This document shows positions 50,138-59,987 of a DNA stretch of 64,000 nt, one piece after another. Origin of the DNA: Poseidonia sp. (GTDB taxonomy: Archaea > Thermoplasmatota > Poseidoniia > Poseidoniales > Poseidoniaceae); assembly GCA_022426155.1 (NCBI GenBank), contig JAKMEE010000032.1, forward strand, positions 9,800-73,799, read 5' to 3'. Below the pieces are notes generated by a model. That model saw nothing but the letters and a program-made list of their open reading frames with translations. It made no database searches and had not been told where the DNA came from. Position 1 is the stretch's first letter; the number at the start of each line of letters is the position of its first letter. The position numbers and the translations under genes are program-made.

Positions 50138-51322
50138 TCACGCAAAATAAGACGCTACGTCGACTTCGGGCAGGTCATGGCCCAACTCTCGGAAGCAGGC
50201 CAGCATGCGGTTGCAGCCCTCGACCATTTCAGATACTGGAGTTTCACCCATTGATCCCACCCGGAACATTTTGCCCTTGAGATGGTCTTGAGCACCTATC
50301 ACTTGAGTGTTATAGGTTGATTTGAGTGTGGAACGCCACGAATCATCAATTCCATCGGGGTACATAATAGCGGTGACGGTATTGCTGCGTTGCCCGTGGT
50401 CTGCCAGCAGTGTGAAGCCGAGGTCCGTGAATAATTTGCGAACTCCTGAAGCAAGTTTTTGGCAACGGTTCCACCTCCCCTCATTGGTTTCATGCTTGAG
50501 ATTCTCGAGAGCCGCAGACCAACCCATGGCCAGATTGATCGCTGGAGTCCAAGGGGTTTGATCATCATCGCCTTTTTTCAGTGCAGCGATGAGGTCGAGG
50601 TAATATCGCGGATTTCCATCACCTTGCTTGGCGATGGTTTGTACGCGATCAATGAAGTGTGAATTGACTGCGATGGCGGCGATACCTGATGGACCTGCCG
50701 TGCACTTTTGGGCACCCACCACTACGGCTTCTGCGTTCCATTCAGCAGGATGAACTGGAATTCCTCCCACCGAAGTGATGCCATCGAGGATGAACCCTGT
50801 CTCGTTTCGCTTGCACATTTCAGCGATGGCTTCGGCGTCTTGGGTGATGCCAGTACTTGTTTCATTATGGCAGATGAGGACCGCTTCATAGCATCGTCGT
50901 TCAAGCAATAATTCCATTTCTCCAAGGTCAAATTCCCGACCCCATTCGTATTTGAGATGCTTGACATTGCAGTATTGCTCACAGATCGCAGCAACACGTT
51001 CTCCGAATTTTCCATTGGTCGCAACCAAAACTAAATCATTGTTTCGAAAACGATTGGCAATGACCATTTCCATAGCCGCTGTGCCGCTTCCACTGACAAC
51101 TACAACCTTGTAACCATCTTCACCAGACCATGATTCTGATTTCATGGAAGGCGAGGACGGTGAGAGATTGAATGCATGGCGGAGGCCTGAATTGAGGCCT
51201 GCCATCACTTCTCGAAATTCTGGCCCTCTTGCTGTCATCACGGGGGTTGCCATGGCTTGGAGGCAATTCTCACTCATACGGACTGGTCCGGGTACCAGAA
51301 AGCAGTCACCTTCGTGGGTCAT
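50138..51322 (-). CDS. Class V aminotransferase (alanine-glyoxylate/serine-pyruvate family)
   Basis: VPGPV, SGSGTAAME, GKFGER, HNETSTG, DGITSVGG, GAQKC, TPWTP, FRVGSMG. Confidence 0.9.
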   Translation of the reverse strand: MTHEGDCFLVPGPVRMSENCLQAMATPVMTARGPEFREVMAGLNSGLRHAFNLSPSSPSMKSESWSGEDGYKVVVVSGSGTAAMEMVIANRFRNNDLVLVATNGKFGERVAAICEQYCNVKHLKYEWGREFDLGEMELLLERRCYEAVLICHNETSTGITQDAEAIAEMCKRNETGFILDGITSVGGIPVHPAEWNAEAVVVGAQKCTAGPSGIAAIAVNSHFIDRVQTIAKQGDGNPRYYLDLIAALKKGDDDQTPWTPAINLAMGWSAALENLKHETNEGRWNRCQKLASGVRKLFTDLGFTLLADHGQRSNTVTAIMYPDGIDDSWRSTLKSTYNTQVIGAQDHLKGKMFRVGSMGETPVSEMVEGCNRMLACFRELGHDLPEVDVASYFA

Positions 51323-51434
51323 GATTGGGGGGTATGCACGGCGGTTCTTGAAGTGCATCCTTGAGCGTATTGCGGGGAACTTTGTTTCATGATTGAGCCG
51401 TTGGGATGATAGGGAAGTGGCGACAGGGCGTGAC

Positions 51435-52124
51435 ATGCTCAGTATCGGGTTGGCCATGCTTCAAGGTGCTCGTCACGAGCACGCAGAAGCCTTACGTGGC
51501 GCTGCTCGTGAATTGGGAATTGATCTTGAGATCGTCCCTTGCCGAACTGCATCAGATGTGGTTGATGATTTGGATGGCTTGGTTTTACCAGGTGGTGAGT
51601 CAACGACCATGAGAATCGCAAGTCGCTATGAATCACTGCTCAATGCCCTCTTTGATTGGATGGAACGCCACCCCCAACGTCCTGTTCTAGGCACCTGTGC
51701 AGGTGCTATTTTGATGGCGAATCCCGAAGATGGTCGTACACGATTTCTGAACGTGAGCATTGACCGAAATGCATGGGGTCGGCAACGTCAATCGTTTGAG
51801 GCAGAAGTGACGGTCATGCTTGAGACACCAATTTCTTCCAAGATACCCGTTGCAGTTGCTTCAAGGGGGGCATCAACACATCATCCACTTGAGGTGCATT
51901 CACAAGCTGCACCTCTGTTGGATACAGGGTATCCTGGTGTGTTCATTCGTGCACCTCGCTTTGATGCATCAGACCTCCAATGCACTCCAATCGCCATGCT
52001 CGGTGAAGAGGTCGTCGGTGTCTTGGATGGTTCACGCCTTGGATTGACTTTTCATCCCGAACTCACATTGGACCGAAGATTCCATCGGTGGCTCTTGAGC
52101 GAGGCAACATTAAGAGGCGAATGA
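51435..52124 (+). CDS. pdxT: Pyridoxal 5'-phosphate synthase glutaminase subunit
   Basis: LQGA, LPGGESTT, GTCAG, RNAWGRQ, VFIRAP, FHPEL. Confidence 0.94.
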   Translation: MLSIGLAMLQGARHEHAEALRGAARELGIDLEIVPCRTASDVVDDLDGLVLPGGESTTMRIASRYESLLNALFDWMERHPQRPVLGTCAGAILMANPEDGRTRFLNVSIDRNAWGRQRQSFEAEVTVMLETPISSKIPVAVASRGASTHHPLEVHSQAAPLLDTGYPGVFIRAPRFDASDLQCTPIAMLGEEVVGVLDGSRLGLTFHPELTLDRRFHRWLLSEATLRGE

Positions 52125-52125
52125 T

Positions 52126-53211
52126 ATGGCAAAAAGTTTGGTGATGGCAACAGAAATCCTCCCCGCAGAAGTCGGTGAAGCAGAAGGCTGCATTCAATGC
52201 CAACAAGGCAGCAAATTGGTGTTATTTGTGACAGGTAAATGTCATTGGGGTTGTGATTATTGCCCTCTCTCAGATAACCGTCGAGAAACACCCGATATGT
52301 TTGCCAACGAACGCCGTTGCACCACTTGGAATGAAGTGATTGAAGAAGGCCATGCTATGAACGCTACAGGTACAGGAATCACGGGTGGTGATCCGATGCT
52401 TGATTTGGAGAAAACGCTTGAAGCAGTAAGACAATTGAAAGCTGCTTTTGGTCCAAAGCACCACATTCATGCTTACACCTCAATCCCCTTTCCACCTGAA
52501 CGAGCGATTGATTTTGCACAGGCAGGTTTGGATGAACTTCGATTCCATCTTCTCGATGGGACGACATCAAAATATCGGGCAACAATGGAAGCTTGTGCAA
52601 AGCATGGAATCACTGTTGGAGTGGAACTACCATGTGAACCTGACAAGGAATCCCAACTCTTCGCCCTCCTGGATGAATTAGAGACCGTACCCGTTGATTT
52701 TCTCAATTTGAATGAATTAGAAATCACGGTGGGGAATCAAGAGAACATGGATGTTCGCGGTTTCAATCTTAGTGGTGGTATAACGGCTGCTGCAGAAGGT
52801 TCCGCAGAACTCGCAATTCGATTGAAGGAAGCAGCGAGAAAAAAATCATACCATCTGAAATTCTGCACGGCCAAGTACAAAGATGCTGGTCAATTGCGGA
52901 ATCGTTTCAAGAGACGAGGGCAGGCCACATTACGCCCTTATGAGGTGCTGAGTGACGACGACACGCTTCTGTTTGGAGCCATCCCAACCGATCTGCAGGA
53001 TGCTCAAGATGACATGAATGAACTCAACGAAGTATTGGGAATGGCTGAAGGTTGGCTCCGCTATGATGGCGTGAATCAACGAATTGAGTTACCTCTCTCC
53101 GTTGCCGAATCCTTGGCTGATATCCTTGATGTCCCTGTCTTGCTCGTCGAAGTTCATCCGACCCACGAGCGGCTCGAGGTTGGCGTAGTACACCTTAATG
53201 AGCACCGTTGA
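52126..53211 (+). CDS. Radical SAM protein (archaeal conserved family)
   Basis: GCIQC...KLVLFVTGKCHWGCDYCPLS, GITGGDP, GLDELRFH, NLNELE. Confidence 0.9.
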   Translation: MAKSLVMATEILPAEVGEAEGCIQCQQGSKLVLFVTGKCHWGCDYCPLSDNRRETPDMFANERRCTTWNEVIEEGHAMNATGTGITGGDPMLDLEKTLEAVRQLKAAFGPKHHIHAYTSIPFPPERAIDFAQAGLDELRFHLLDGTTSKYRATMEACAKHGITVGVELPCEPDKESQLFALLDELETVPVDFLNLNELEITVGNQENMDVRGFNLSGGITAAAEGSAELAIRLKEAARKKSYHLKFCTAKYKDAGQLRNRFKRRGQATLRPYEVLSDDDTLLFGAIPTDLQDAQDDMNELNEVLGMAEGWLRYDGVNQRIELPLSVAESLADILDVPVLLVEVHPTHERLEVGVVHLNEHR

Positions 53212-53256
53212 GCATCGTATGGCTTAAACCCGAAAGGCGAGTCGCAGGTTTACCTA

Positions 53257-53332
53257 GGGCTCGTGGTCTAGGGGTTATGACGTCGCCTTCACATGGCGAA
53301 GATCGCCGGTTCAATTCCGGCCGAGCCCACCA
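53257..53332 (+). tRNA. tRNA-Val(CAC), CCA encoded
   Basis: GGGCTCG...CGAGCCC-A-CCA, TCGCC-TT-CAC-AT-GGCGA anticodon arm, GGTTCAATTCC T-arm; TTAAA at 53224 upstream. Confidence 0.97.
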
Positions 53333-53361
53333 ATACCAGATCAAAGATGCACTGCGATTGA

Positions 53362-53398
53362 TTTTAATTGTTTTTTAGGCGTTTTTTGAGGTTTTTTT
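53362..53398 (+). terminator. Oligo-T tracts downstream of tRNA-Val (probable archaeal terminator)
   Basis: T4, T6, T6 and T7 runs starting at 53362, 53371, 53382 and 53392. Confidence 0.5.
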
Positions 53399-53449
53399 GT
53401 AAAATCACTCGATACAAGGTGTTAAGAGTAGTCAGTACGATTTCCTGTT

Positions 53450-53665
53450 ATGAACATGAATGGAAAAGAGCGAATCGTACGTGCACTGTTGGGATCAATG
53501 GTTGTTGTTGCAGATTTTTTGGCAACGATACACATCGAAGTAGTTTTCCTGATCGTTGGTCTCTGGGGTGTCATCACCTCCACCTTCGGCTATTGTCCGT
53601 TTAACACGCTCTTCAATCGAAATAGTTGTGAACTTCCTCAAACTTCCTCGGCCCTTGGGTCATGA
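53450..53665 (+). CDS. DUF2892/YgaP-like small membrane protein
   Basis: NMNGKERIVRALLG...TSTFGYCPFNTLFNRNSC. Confidence 0.8.
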   Translation: MNMNGKERIVRALLGSMVVVADFLATIHIEVVFLIVGLWGVITSTFGYCPFNTLFNRNSCELPQTSSALGS

Positions 53666-53723
53666 CCTGCGAGGAGGGCCTCTGAGGGCTACATTCTTGA
53701 ACGACCCGCATGCTGTGTGAAGC

Positions 53724-55190
53724 ATGGGACTCCTTGAGCAAGCCGATTTCGGTGTATTCAAAGAGAAATCCACTTGGCAAGCATTTGGTATCGCTCTGTT
53801 AATGTTCGTTACCATTTCATTTGCAGCTCTTTCCATGTTCGATAGCATGGATGAATTATTTCAATCAGATGCAGAACCTGCACCCATCCCAAACCTTGTC
53901 TATGAATCTCTCAATCGCACAGGCATCGAATCCAATGTGACCAATGAAACTGGATGGTTCAATCTTGATGACCGCCGAGGGAGTATTATCATACTTGACT
54001 TGATGGCACATGATTGTAGTAACTGTCACTATGTCCAAGATCATCTTGAGGAAAATATGGATGAGTGGCAAGCCATCGCTGAAGAAAATAACACGAATTT
54101 AGAAATTTATGGCTACGGGGGATGGTACAGTGAATCCCTTGATTATCTCAACGAGACCAGTGGTAAATATACAGTCCCGCTTTATCCAACAGGATTTGGC
54201 TCCAGTCAAGCAGCCATCCTCGAAGATGGAACTACCACTGACCCTGTTCGTTTATTCACCACGGGAGGGACTGGCCAAATCCCAGTGGTCATGATCATTG
54301 ACGAAGAGGGTTACATCATTGAACAACAGCCAACAGGGACCCCGGTCGATGAATGGGAATCCTTCGAAACAACATTGATGACGGCTCTTTCACAAGATGT
54401 GAGTGAGACTTTTGATTCAAGGATTGGATGGGAGGAGCCTGAAACATCCTTCACAGCCATCTTCGTTCTCGGCCTCATCCTCTCAATTCTGGTGTATTTC
54501 TCACCATGTGCATTCCCCGTCTTGCCAGGTTTCATTTCGTATTATCTCTCCCTAGGCGCTCGGGAAGACGAACTCATTGCAGAGGGTAAACTCAAGACAG
54601 GTATGCCCAGTTCATTCAACATTGGTTTGCTCTCTGGGTTTGGAATGTGGACCTTTTTCGGAATCATCGGAATTGTCGCCCTCATTATGGGAGAGGCTTT
54701 CGCTAAATCAGGTATGATACATTACATCGCTATTGGAATTGCGATCCTTCTAATCATTCTCGGTTCGATGATGTTGATTGGTGTCACTTCCCACATCATG
54801 GGATTTGTTCAAGGATGGGTGGACAAATACAGCACAACGGAAGCAGATGAAACATTCACGCCTCGTCGGAACATGTACCTTTACGGAATCGGCTATGCAG
54901 CTGCATCCATTGATTGTACAGCCGCTGCCGTCCTGCCGTTTGTTGTATTTTTGAGCACACTTGGAACGTCCGCCATTGGATTTGGAATCGCTGGACTAAT
55001 GGTTGGATTATTGATCTTGATGATTGTTGTTACCATGCTTGTCGGCATGGGGAGGCAAGTCATGATCAACTTCCTGCGTAAAGCAACAGGGATGATCAAG
55101 ATGGTGGGTTCATGGATGATGATTATGGCGGGTGTTGGATTAACCCTGTACCTCAACAATCCAAGTATCATGAATTCAATCATGGGTTAA
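53724..55190 (+). CDS. Thioredoxin-like (TlpA/redoxin) domain fused to CcdA/DsbD membrane domain
   Basis: IILDLMAHDCSNC...IPVVMIIDEEGYI; FSPCAFPVLPGFISY...SIDCTAA; six C-terminal TM helices. Confidence 0.85.
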   Translation: MGLLEQADFGVFKEKSTWQAFGIALLMFVTISFAALSMFDSMDELFQSDAEPAPIPNLVYESLNRTGIESNVTNETGWFNLDDRRGSIIILDLMAHDCSNCHYVQDHLEENMDEWQAIAEENNTNLEIYGYGGWYSESLDYLNETSGKYTVPLYPTGFGSSQAAILEDGTTTDPVRLFTTGGTGQIPVVMIIDEEGYIIEQQPTGTPVDEWESFETTLMTALSQDVSETFDSRIGWEEPETSFTAIFVLGLILSILVYFSPCAFPVLPGFISYYLSLGAREDELIAEGKLKTGMPSSFNIGLLSGFGMWTFFGIIGIVALIMGEAFAKSGMIHYIAIGIAILLIILGSMMLIGVTSHIMGFVQGWVDKYSTTEADETFTPRRNMYLYGIGYAAASIDCTAAAVLPFVVFLSTLGTSAIGFGIAGLMVGLLILMIVVTMLVGMGRQVMINFLRKATGMIKMVGSWMMIMAGVGLTLYLNNPSIMNSIMG

Positions 55191-55921
55191 GGGACTTCTT
55201 TGAGTTCTGCTAACCGTGGAACAACCCAAACATACCATGGGACGATTGAGAAAAATAGACCAGTCACGATGTCAAATAAGTAATGCTGTTTGATGGTGAC
55301 AGTAGAGATGACCAGTAGAGCCCAACAAACGACGATAGTCAAGGAAAACAACCCTTTCCATGTTTGGGATTCCTTCATCCAATATCGGACCATGAGAACA
55401 ATGAGTGTGCTGTAAAGTACATGGACAGATGGCCAAGCATTGTACGGTGCATCAACAGTATGGAGCAACCCCATCACTGTATCATACAGGGGCCCTACGT
55501 CTGAAATTTGATGACGCAGATCAATTCGAACTGGGAATACCATCCAGAATACCATGGTTGAAAGTGAGATCATTGTCATGCATTGTAACAGAACCCAGCC
55601 CTCTTTACGGCGTTGTGGATTCAACGATGCCATCCAAGCGATGATGATGAAATAAAGATAGAATGAGACGTAGAAAACTAGAGTCCAAGCGATGAAAGGG
55701 ACTGTTTCTTCAAACGGTGTTTGGACATTGAAAGTGGTTGTATCACGCCAACGTGATACAAGATTTGCAGCGTAATATGGGCCTCCAATCAGCACCAATT
55801 GCAAGAGAGATAAAAAAGCGACTTGCTGTAAACGGGACCAAGCTTCTATCTTGTTGGCAATGCGTTGAAAGAATGGCCAGGTTGGGGACTTCAAAGCGGC
55901 TTGTTTTGTCTCTGTTTCCAT
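55187..55921 (-). CDS. PAP2-family membrane phosphoesterase/phosphotransferase
   Basis: FPVRIDLR, DAPYNAWPSVHV, STVTIKQHYLFDIVTG; start trimmed from 56155. Confidence 0.82.
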   Translation of the reverse strand: METETKQAALKSPTWPFFQRIANKIEAWSRLQQVAFLSLLQLVLIGGPYYAANLVSRWRDTTTFNVQTPFEETVPFIAWTLVFYVSFYLYFIIIAWMASLNPQRRKEGWVLLQCMTMISLSTMVFWMVFPVRIDLRHQISDVGPLYDTVMGLLHTVDAPYNAWPSVHVLYSTLIVLMVRYWMKESQTWKGLFSLTIVVCWALLVISTVTIKQHYLFDIVTGLFFSIVPWYVWVVPRLAELKEVP

Positions 55922-56051
55922 ACAGCAGCCCTCCAAAGTTGAATACACCCAAGAGGGTGTTTTGTACGTCGACGGCGATGTAGGTCTTTGTGCTTTGGAT
56001 TGATTTGTTTGACTATCGAATGGTGCATTTCTCGGTGCTTCTTCCCGGGAT

Positions 56052-57029
56052 TCAGGCTTCTTTCTCTTCCATTTTCCGCAGAACTTTTCGTTTTTGAACC
56101 GCGTCAAACATCGACATAGCGAGTTCCATTCGGCGTTCATAACGCTGATCTTCAAACGATGCGAGTTGTTGTTGTCGTCGATGCCGAGAATCCCATAACA
56201 TCTCTGCTCGTCGTAATTCTTTCAATTCAATTTCCAAAGCAACCATCATGTTTCTTCTTGCTTGTTGTTGTTCAATCTTCATCTTGGCCTCAATTATCCG
56301 AATTGCTTGGTGTTCTTGTTGCTCAATTTTCCTGAGATTTCGGGTTGCAATGGCTTCATCTTTTTCTAGGGCCAATTTGTTGGTCAACTCAGTGATGCGT
56401 TGCAGTTCAAGAACACTTGGTTTTGTCATCAGCACTGCGCTGTGGAATGTTATTCCGAGCGACCTCAGAAGTTGACGCAGATTGATTTCACAATGTCCTT
56501 CAAAATGTTCTTGAGTGGTTCTACTTCTGACCTCTCCGTCATGTTCCAATGAAGCGATGATAGGATGTAATACTCGATGAATCACGTTTGTCATCAGCAA
56601 CTTAGCAAGCCCTTCAGTGTCCAAGACATTTGGATGATTGACAAATACATTCAGTAATTGGGCCAAATCATCTTGCTGAATTTGCAAGCGTAGTTGTACT
56701 TCGCCCTGGAGGGCTGAACCGCTGGGCCCTGGCATGACAAATGGAATTTCAACGTCAAAGGGAGCTGTAGTGACGAAGAGCATTCGGTGATCGGTTGCAG
56801 TAATTCCCACTAGGTCGCCAAGATATCGGGGGAATCCTCCACCAATATTCCGCAGCACCTCTTGTGTCGCTACCCTTCCAATCTTCCCATCAATAATGGA
56901 CACACACGCTTCATTGGGTTTGAGTACAATTGATTGAGCAGTCCAAGTTTTGATTGAATCGATTCGAATCAAACGGGCGAGTATTTCAGGCTGATTTCTC
57001 CATTGATATTTTTTTGTCATGATGTTCAC
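56052..57029 (-). CDS. SPFH/band-7-like protein with C-terminal coiled coil
   Basis: IVLKPNEACVSIIDGK, beta-rich core, LRSLGITFHSAVL, then Glu/Gln/Arg heptads. Confidence 0.65.
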   Translation of the reverse strand: MNIMTKKYQWRNQPEILARLIRIDSIKTWTAQSIVLKPNEACVSIIDGKIGRVATQEVLRNIGGGFPRYLGDLVGITATDHRMLFVTTAPFDVEIPFVMPGPSGSALQGEVQLRLQIQQDDLAQLLNVFVNHPNVLDTEGLAKLLMTNVIHRVLHPIIASLEHDGEVRSRTTQEHFEGHCEINLRQLLRSLGITFHSAVLMTKPSVLELQRITELTNKLALEKDEAIATRNLRKIEQQEHQAIRIIEAKMKIEQQQARRNMMVALEIELKELRRAEMLWDSRHRRQQQLASFEDQRYERRMELAMSMFDAVQKRKVLRKMEEKEA

Positions 57030-57032
57030 TTC

Positions 57033-57539
57033 TCATTGATTTTCGGCACCCCGCAAAACATACTGGCGCAGACGTAATTTGGTTTGGCAAATCATGATAT
57101 TTTTGTGGCATTCATCGAGTTGCTCTTCCACAGAATCATACCTTGTTTGGGTGAAGGCTTCAATGGTTACACGAATCTGTTTAAGCAGAATACGATCATG
57201 TTCAAGTAATTGCAAGAGTGATTGATTTTTTGCTACCTGCTGTCCACTGAGGTAGGTGACGTGAAAGGGAGAAATCGCTTTGTCTAACTCACGAAGAAAA
57301 GCGTCAACCTCTCCCATTGTAGACTTGATTCTTCGTACGGACATCATCTTTTCTTGTTTCCATGAATCGTCATGGAGTTGCTCGAGAAAGCGACGAAGCA
57401 GACTCATTTGATGATGCATGACTTGACGGAACTCTCGGTCAGCTTCAAGTCGCTTTTCTTTGGTGAGTCCAGTGTATCCAGTCAAGACCCATTGGACGCC
57501 CCTTGCATAACGTACCAGGTCCATAGGCGTGACAGTCAT
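57033..57539 (-). CDS. Hypothetical helical protein
   Basis: LTGYTGLTKEKRLEADREFR...LLEHD; 3-bp gap to the SPFH-like gene. Confidence 0.65.
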   Translation of the reverse strand: MTVTPMDLVRYARGVQWVLTGYTGLTKEKRLEADREFRQVMHHQMSLLRRFLEQLHDDSWKQEKMMSVRRIKSTMGEVDAFLRELDKAISPFHVTYLSGQQVAKNQSLLQLLEHDRILLKQIRVTIEAFTQTRYDSVEEQLDECHKNIMICQTKLRLRQYVLRGAENQ

Positions 57540-57591
57540 TGTGTTTACCTGGTATGTATTTGGTCCTGCTCCTTCTTAGGAGTGTTGATGC

Positions 57592-58224
57592 TTAATGGCT
57601 CACTAAGTCCGACCATCGAATGATTCTGTCAGCCATCCGATTTGCTTCTTCCTCATCATGTGTGACATGAATGGCACTGATGGAACGTTCCTTCAACCAG
57701 GTTCGCGTTTGAGACGCTAGGGCCAAACGCTGCTCCGTGTCCACAGAAGCAAATGGTTCGTCGAGTAACATGACATTTGGAGATTGAAGCAACGCTCGTG
57801 CAAATGCAACTCGTTGTGCTTCTCCTCCAGAAAGTTGACCAATATTTCGTCCCTGAAACCCTCCAAGGTTGACGAATGTGAGTACTTCTTCCACGGCTTC
57901 TGATTTCTTTTCGTTGGGAGCGCCATGGGGGTATCCAAGGCCAACGTTAGCTCCGACATCTAGATGGGGATAGAGTACCGGGCGTTGGAATAACATACCA
58001 ATTTCTGGATTGATTATTCGTCGTGCCAACAACGATTCACGCAATAAAATTTCACCCTCATCGGCCTCGTCTAATCCACAACAGATTCGTAACAGGGTTG
58101 TCTTTCCGCAACCGCTTGGTCCTAAGATGGATACAATCTCATGTTCCCCAATTTCAAGCATGAGTTTCTCGAACAGGACACGTTCACCAAATGATTTTCT
58201 AAGGTTCTTTAATTCAAACATCAT
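57592..58224 (-). CDS. thiQ: Thiamine ABC transporter ATP-binding subunit
   Basis: GPSGCGKTT, LSGGEAQR, LLDEP, VTHD; operon context. Confidence 0.8.
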   Translation of the reverse strand: MMFELKNLRKSFGERVLFEKLMLEIGEHEIVSILGPSGCGKTTLLRICCGLDEADEGEILLRESLLARRIINPEIGMLFQRPVLYPHLDVGANVGLGYPHGAPNEKKSEAVEEVLTFVNLGGFQGRNIGQLSGGEAQRVAFARALLQSPNVMLLDEPFASVDTEQRLALASQTRTWLKERSISAIHVTHDEEEANRMADRIIRWSDLVSH

Positions 58225-59986
58225 CTGTTCCTCCAGTTGATTTTCTCACAAATTCACACACCAACAGGGCTGTGAATGTTACCACCATCAATGTCGTTGC
58301 CGCCGCCATGGCAGTTGGCATGACGAGTGGATCGAATTTTGGTCGACTCAGCAATTGGTCCACCATGATGGAAAGAGAATCCCAAGACCCGACTCGCACC
58401 ATCAAGTAAGTCGCTCCAAATTCCCCCAATGAGAAAGCCAAACACAAGGATGTGGCAATAGCGAACGGCCCTACAAGGAAGGCTCCCTTTCCATGCCACC
58501 AAGCGCGAAATAGCGGTAAATTCAGTAATTCAATTTGCTCCTCATACATGGGGTCCAAACGAGTGAAGGCCGGCCGGAATATGCGCACAGTGAAGGGGAG
58601 GATGAGCATCACATGTGGTAAAACTGGAAGGTATTGAAATTGAAACATGGAGGGAAACCATTGCAACAATCCAACGACAATTCCAAGCCCGATCATGACG
58701 GCTGATGCCGAAAGTGGAACCATGCACATAATGTCGAGTGAATTAGCTAATTTTCTTTTTCCTTGCCGTTCCAGCCTATGGAATGCTGAGGCTAAAGCGT
58801 ATCCGGTTGGGAGGGCGATCAGCAAAGTGAGAAGCGCAAATGTCAAGGAATTTCCTAAGGCCTCCAAGAGGGTAATGGTCGATGCATCTCCTTGGTACAC
58901 CTGACGCCAACCATCCAGTGTCCATGTCCAGCCTTGAGTTCCATCTTCAAGCATCGCTCGTTTGCGAAATGAAGCAATGAGTACGGAAAGAAAAGGCAAA
59001 GATGTGATGGTGATAATGGCAAAAACATACCAGCGTTGGATTCTTGGTGCGTTTCCACGAAGTTTACGGTTTGCTTGCTCATCGTGTAAAGCGAGCATCT
59101 TGGTGTGTTGATTCTCAAATTTACTCGCCCCTGTTAGAATGATGAGCATGAATGCTCCTTGAATGAGGGCTAATCCTAGAACCAACAGACTTGCTTCGGT
59201 TCTGTAAAAGGCAATTCCTGCTGAACCACCCAATTCGCCGAGCAAGGATTCAACAGTATTGGCTCCAGGAACAAGCCATTTGACCAATGCAAAGGATGTG
59301 AATGAGAAGAAAAACGTGTATGTGGCTGCTACTAAGAGACTTGGTCCCAAGACTGGCCACCAAAGGTGACGAACTCTCAACCACCAACTTTGGCCGCCGG
59401 GGAGGAGAAGCAGTTGTTCTTCCCAGTGAGGATTCATTTGGGCAAGGGTGGGCTCCAAGAACCGAACAACAAGTGAGAGATTGAACCATGCATGTGCGAG
59501 CACAAGTGCCAACATGTGGCCTGGGTGCGCCCATCCGCTTAATTCAGAAAACCATTGGATTACACCTGTTTCTGTTCGTAAATCCAAGCCCATGAACGGT
59601 AGTAAACCACCAGAGGAATACAGTGCCAAAAAGCCAGCAGCTGCGACGATTGGGGGTGTGACAAATGGGACGAAGAGGAAGGCTCTCATGCCCCGAATCC
59701 CTCTCCATTCGTAGCGACCCAGAGACCAAGCCAATGGTATACCTATCAGAAGGGTGAGCAAAGTTGAGAGAGCCGCTTCAAGAAGGGTGAATTGCAATGC
59801 TTCTGTGGCAAGTGGTGTATCAAACGCATGGAGGATTGCGTCGATGGGTGAGGCTTGAGTGACCTGCATTAAACGAAGGACTCCGAGGAGAAGTGGGATG
59901 ATTCCAGCGGACACGACGACAACGATCACACCCCATTGGATGGGGTGCACGTTCACTTGGCTTGACGATGACGCCATACCAATCAT
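58214..59986 (-). CDS. thiP: Thiamine ABC transporter permease (two-domain)
   Basis: FTLLEAALST, PFVTPPIV, LAHAWFN, SLGEFGAT. Confidence 0.85.
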   Translation of the reverse strand: MIGMASSSSQVNVHPIQWGVIVVVVSAGIIPLLLGVLRLMQVTQASPIDAILHAFDTPLATEALQFTLLEAALSTLLTLLIGIPLAWSLGRYEWRGIRGMRAFLFVPFVTPPIVAAAGFLALYSSGGLLPFMGLDLRTETGVIQWFSELSGWAHPGHMLALVLAHAWFNLSLVVRFLEPTLAQMNPHWEEQLLLLPGGQSWWLRVRHLWWPVLGPSLLVAATYTFFFSFTSFALVKWLVPGANTVESLLGELGGSAGIAFYRTEASLLVLGLALIQGAFMLIILTGASKFENQHTKMLALHDEQANRKLRGNAPRIQRWYVFAIITITSLPFLSVLIASFRKRAMLEDGTQGWTWTLDGWRQVYQGDASTITLLEALGNSLTFALLTLLIALPTGYALASAFHRLERQGKRKLANSLDIMCMVPLSASAVMIGLGIVVGLLQWFPSMFQFQYLPVLPHVMLILPFTVRIFRPAFTRLDPMYEEQIELLNLPLFRAWWHGKGAFLVGPFAIATSLCLAFSLGEFGATYLMVRVGSWDSLSIMVDQLLSRPKFDPLVMPTAMAAATTLMVVTFTALLVCEFVRKSTGGTDDV

Positions 59987-59987
59987 C

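Noticed and set aside
54013-54030. CxxCH haem c motif in the Trx-CcdA fusion
   Set aside because: It sits at the thioredoxin active-site position after the IILDL strand, so a redox dithiol is the simpler reading
58571-58580. 10-bp match to the tRNA-Val 3' arm (ATTCCGGCCG) as an attachment site
   Set aside because: Inverted orientation, inside intact thiP, short, and no integrase present
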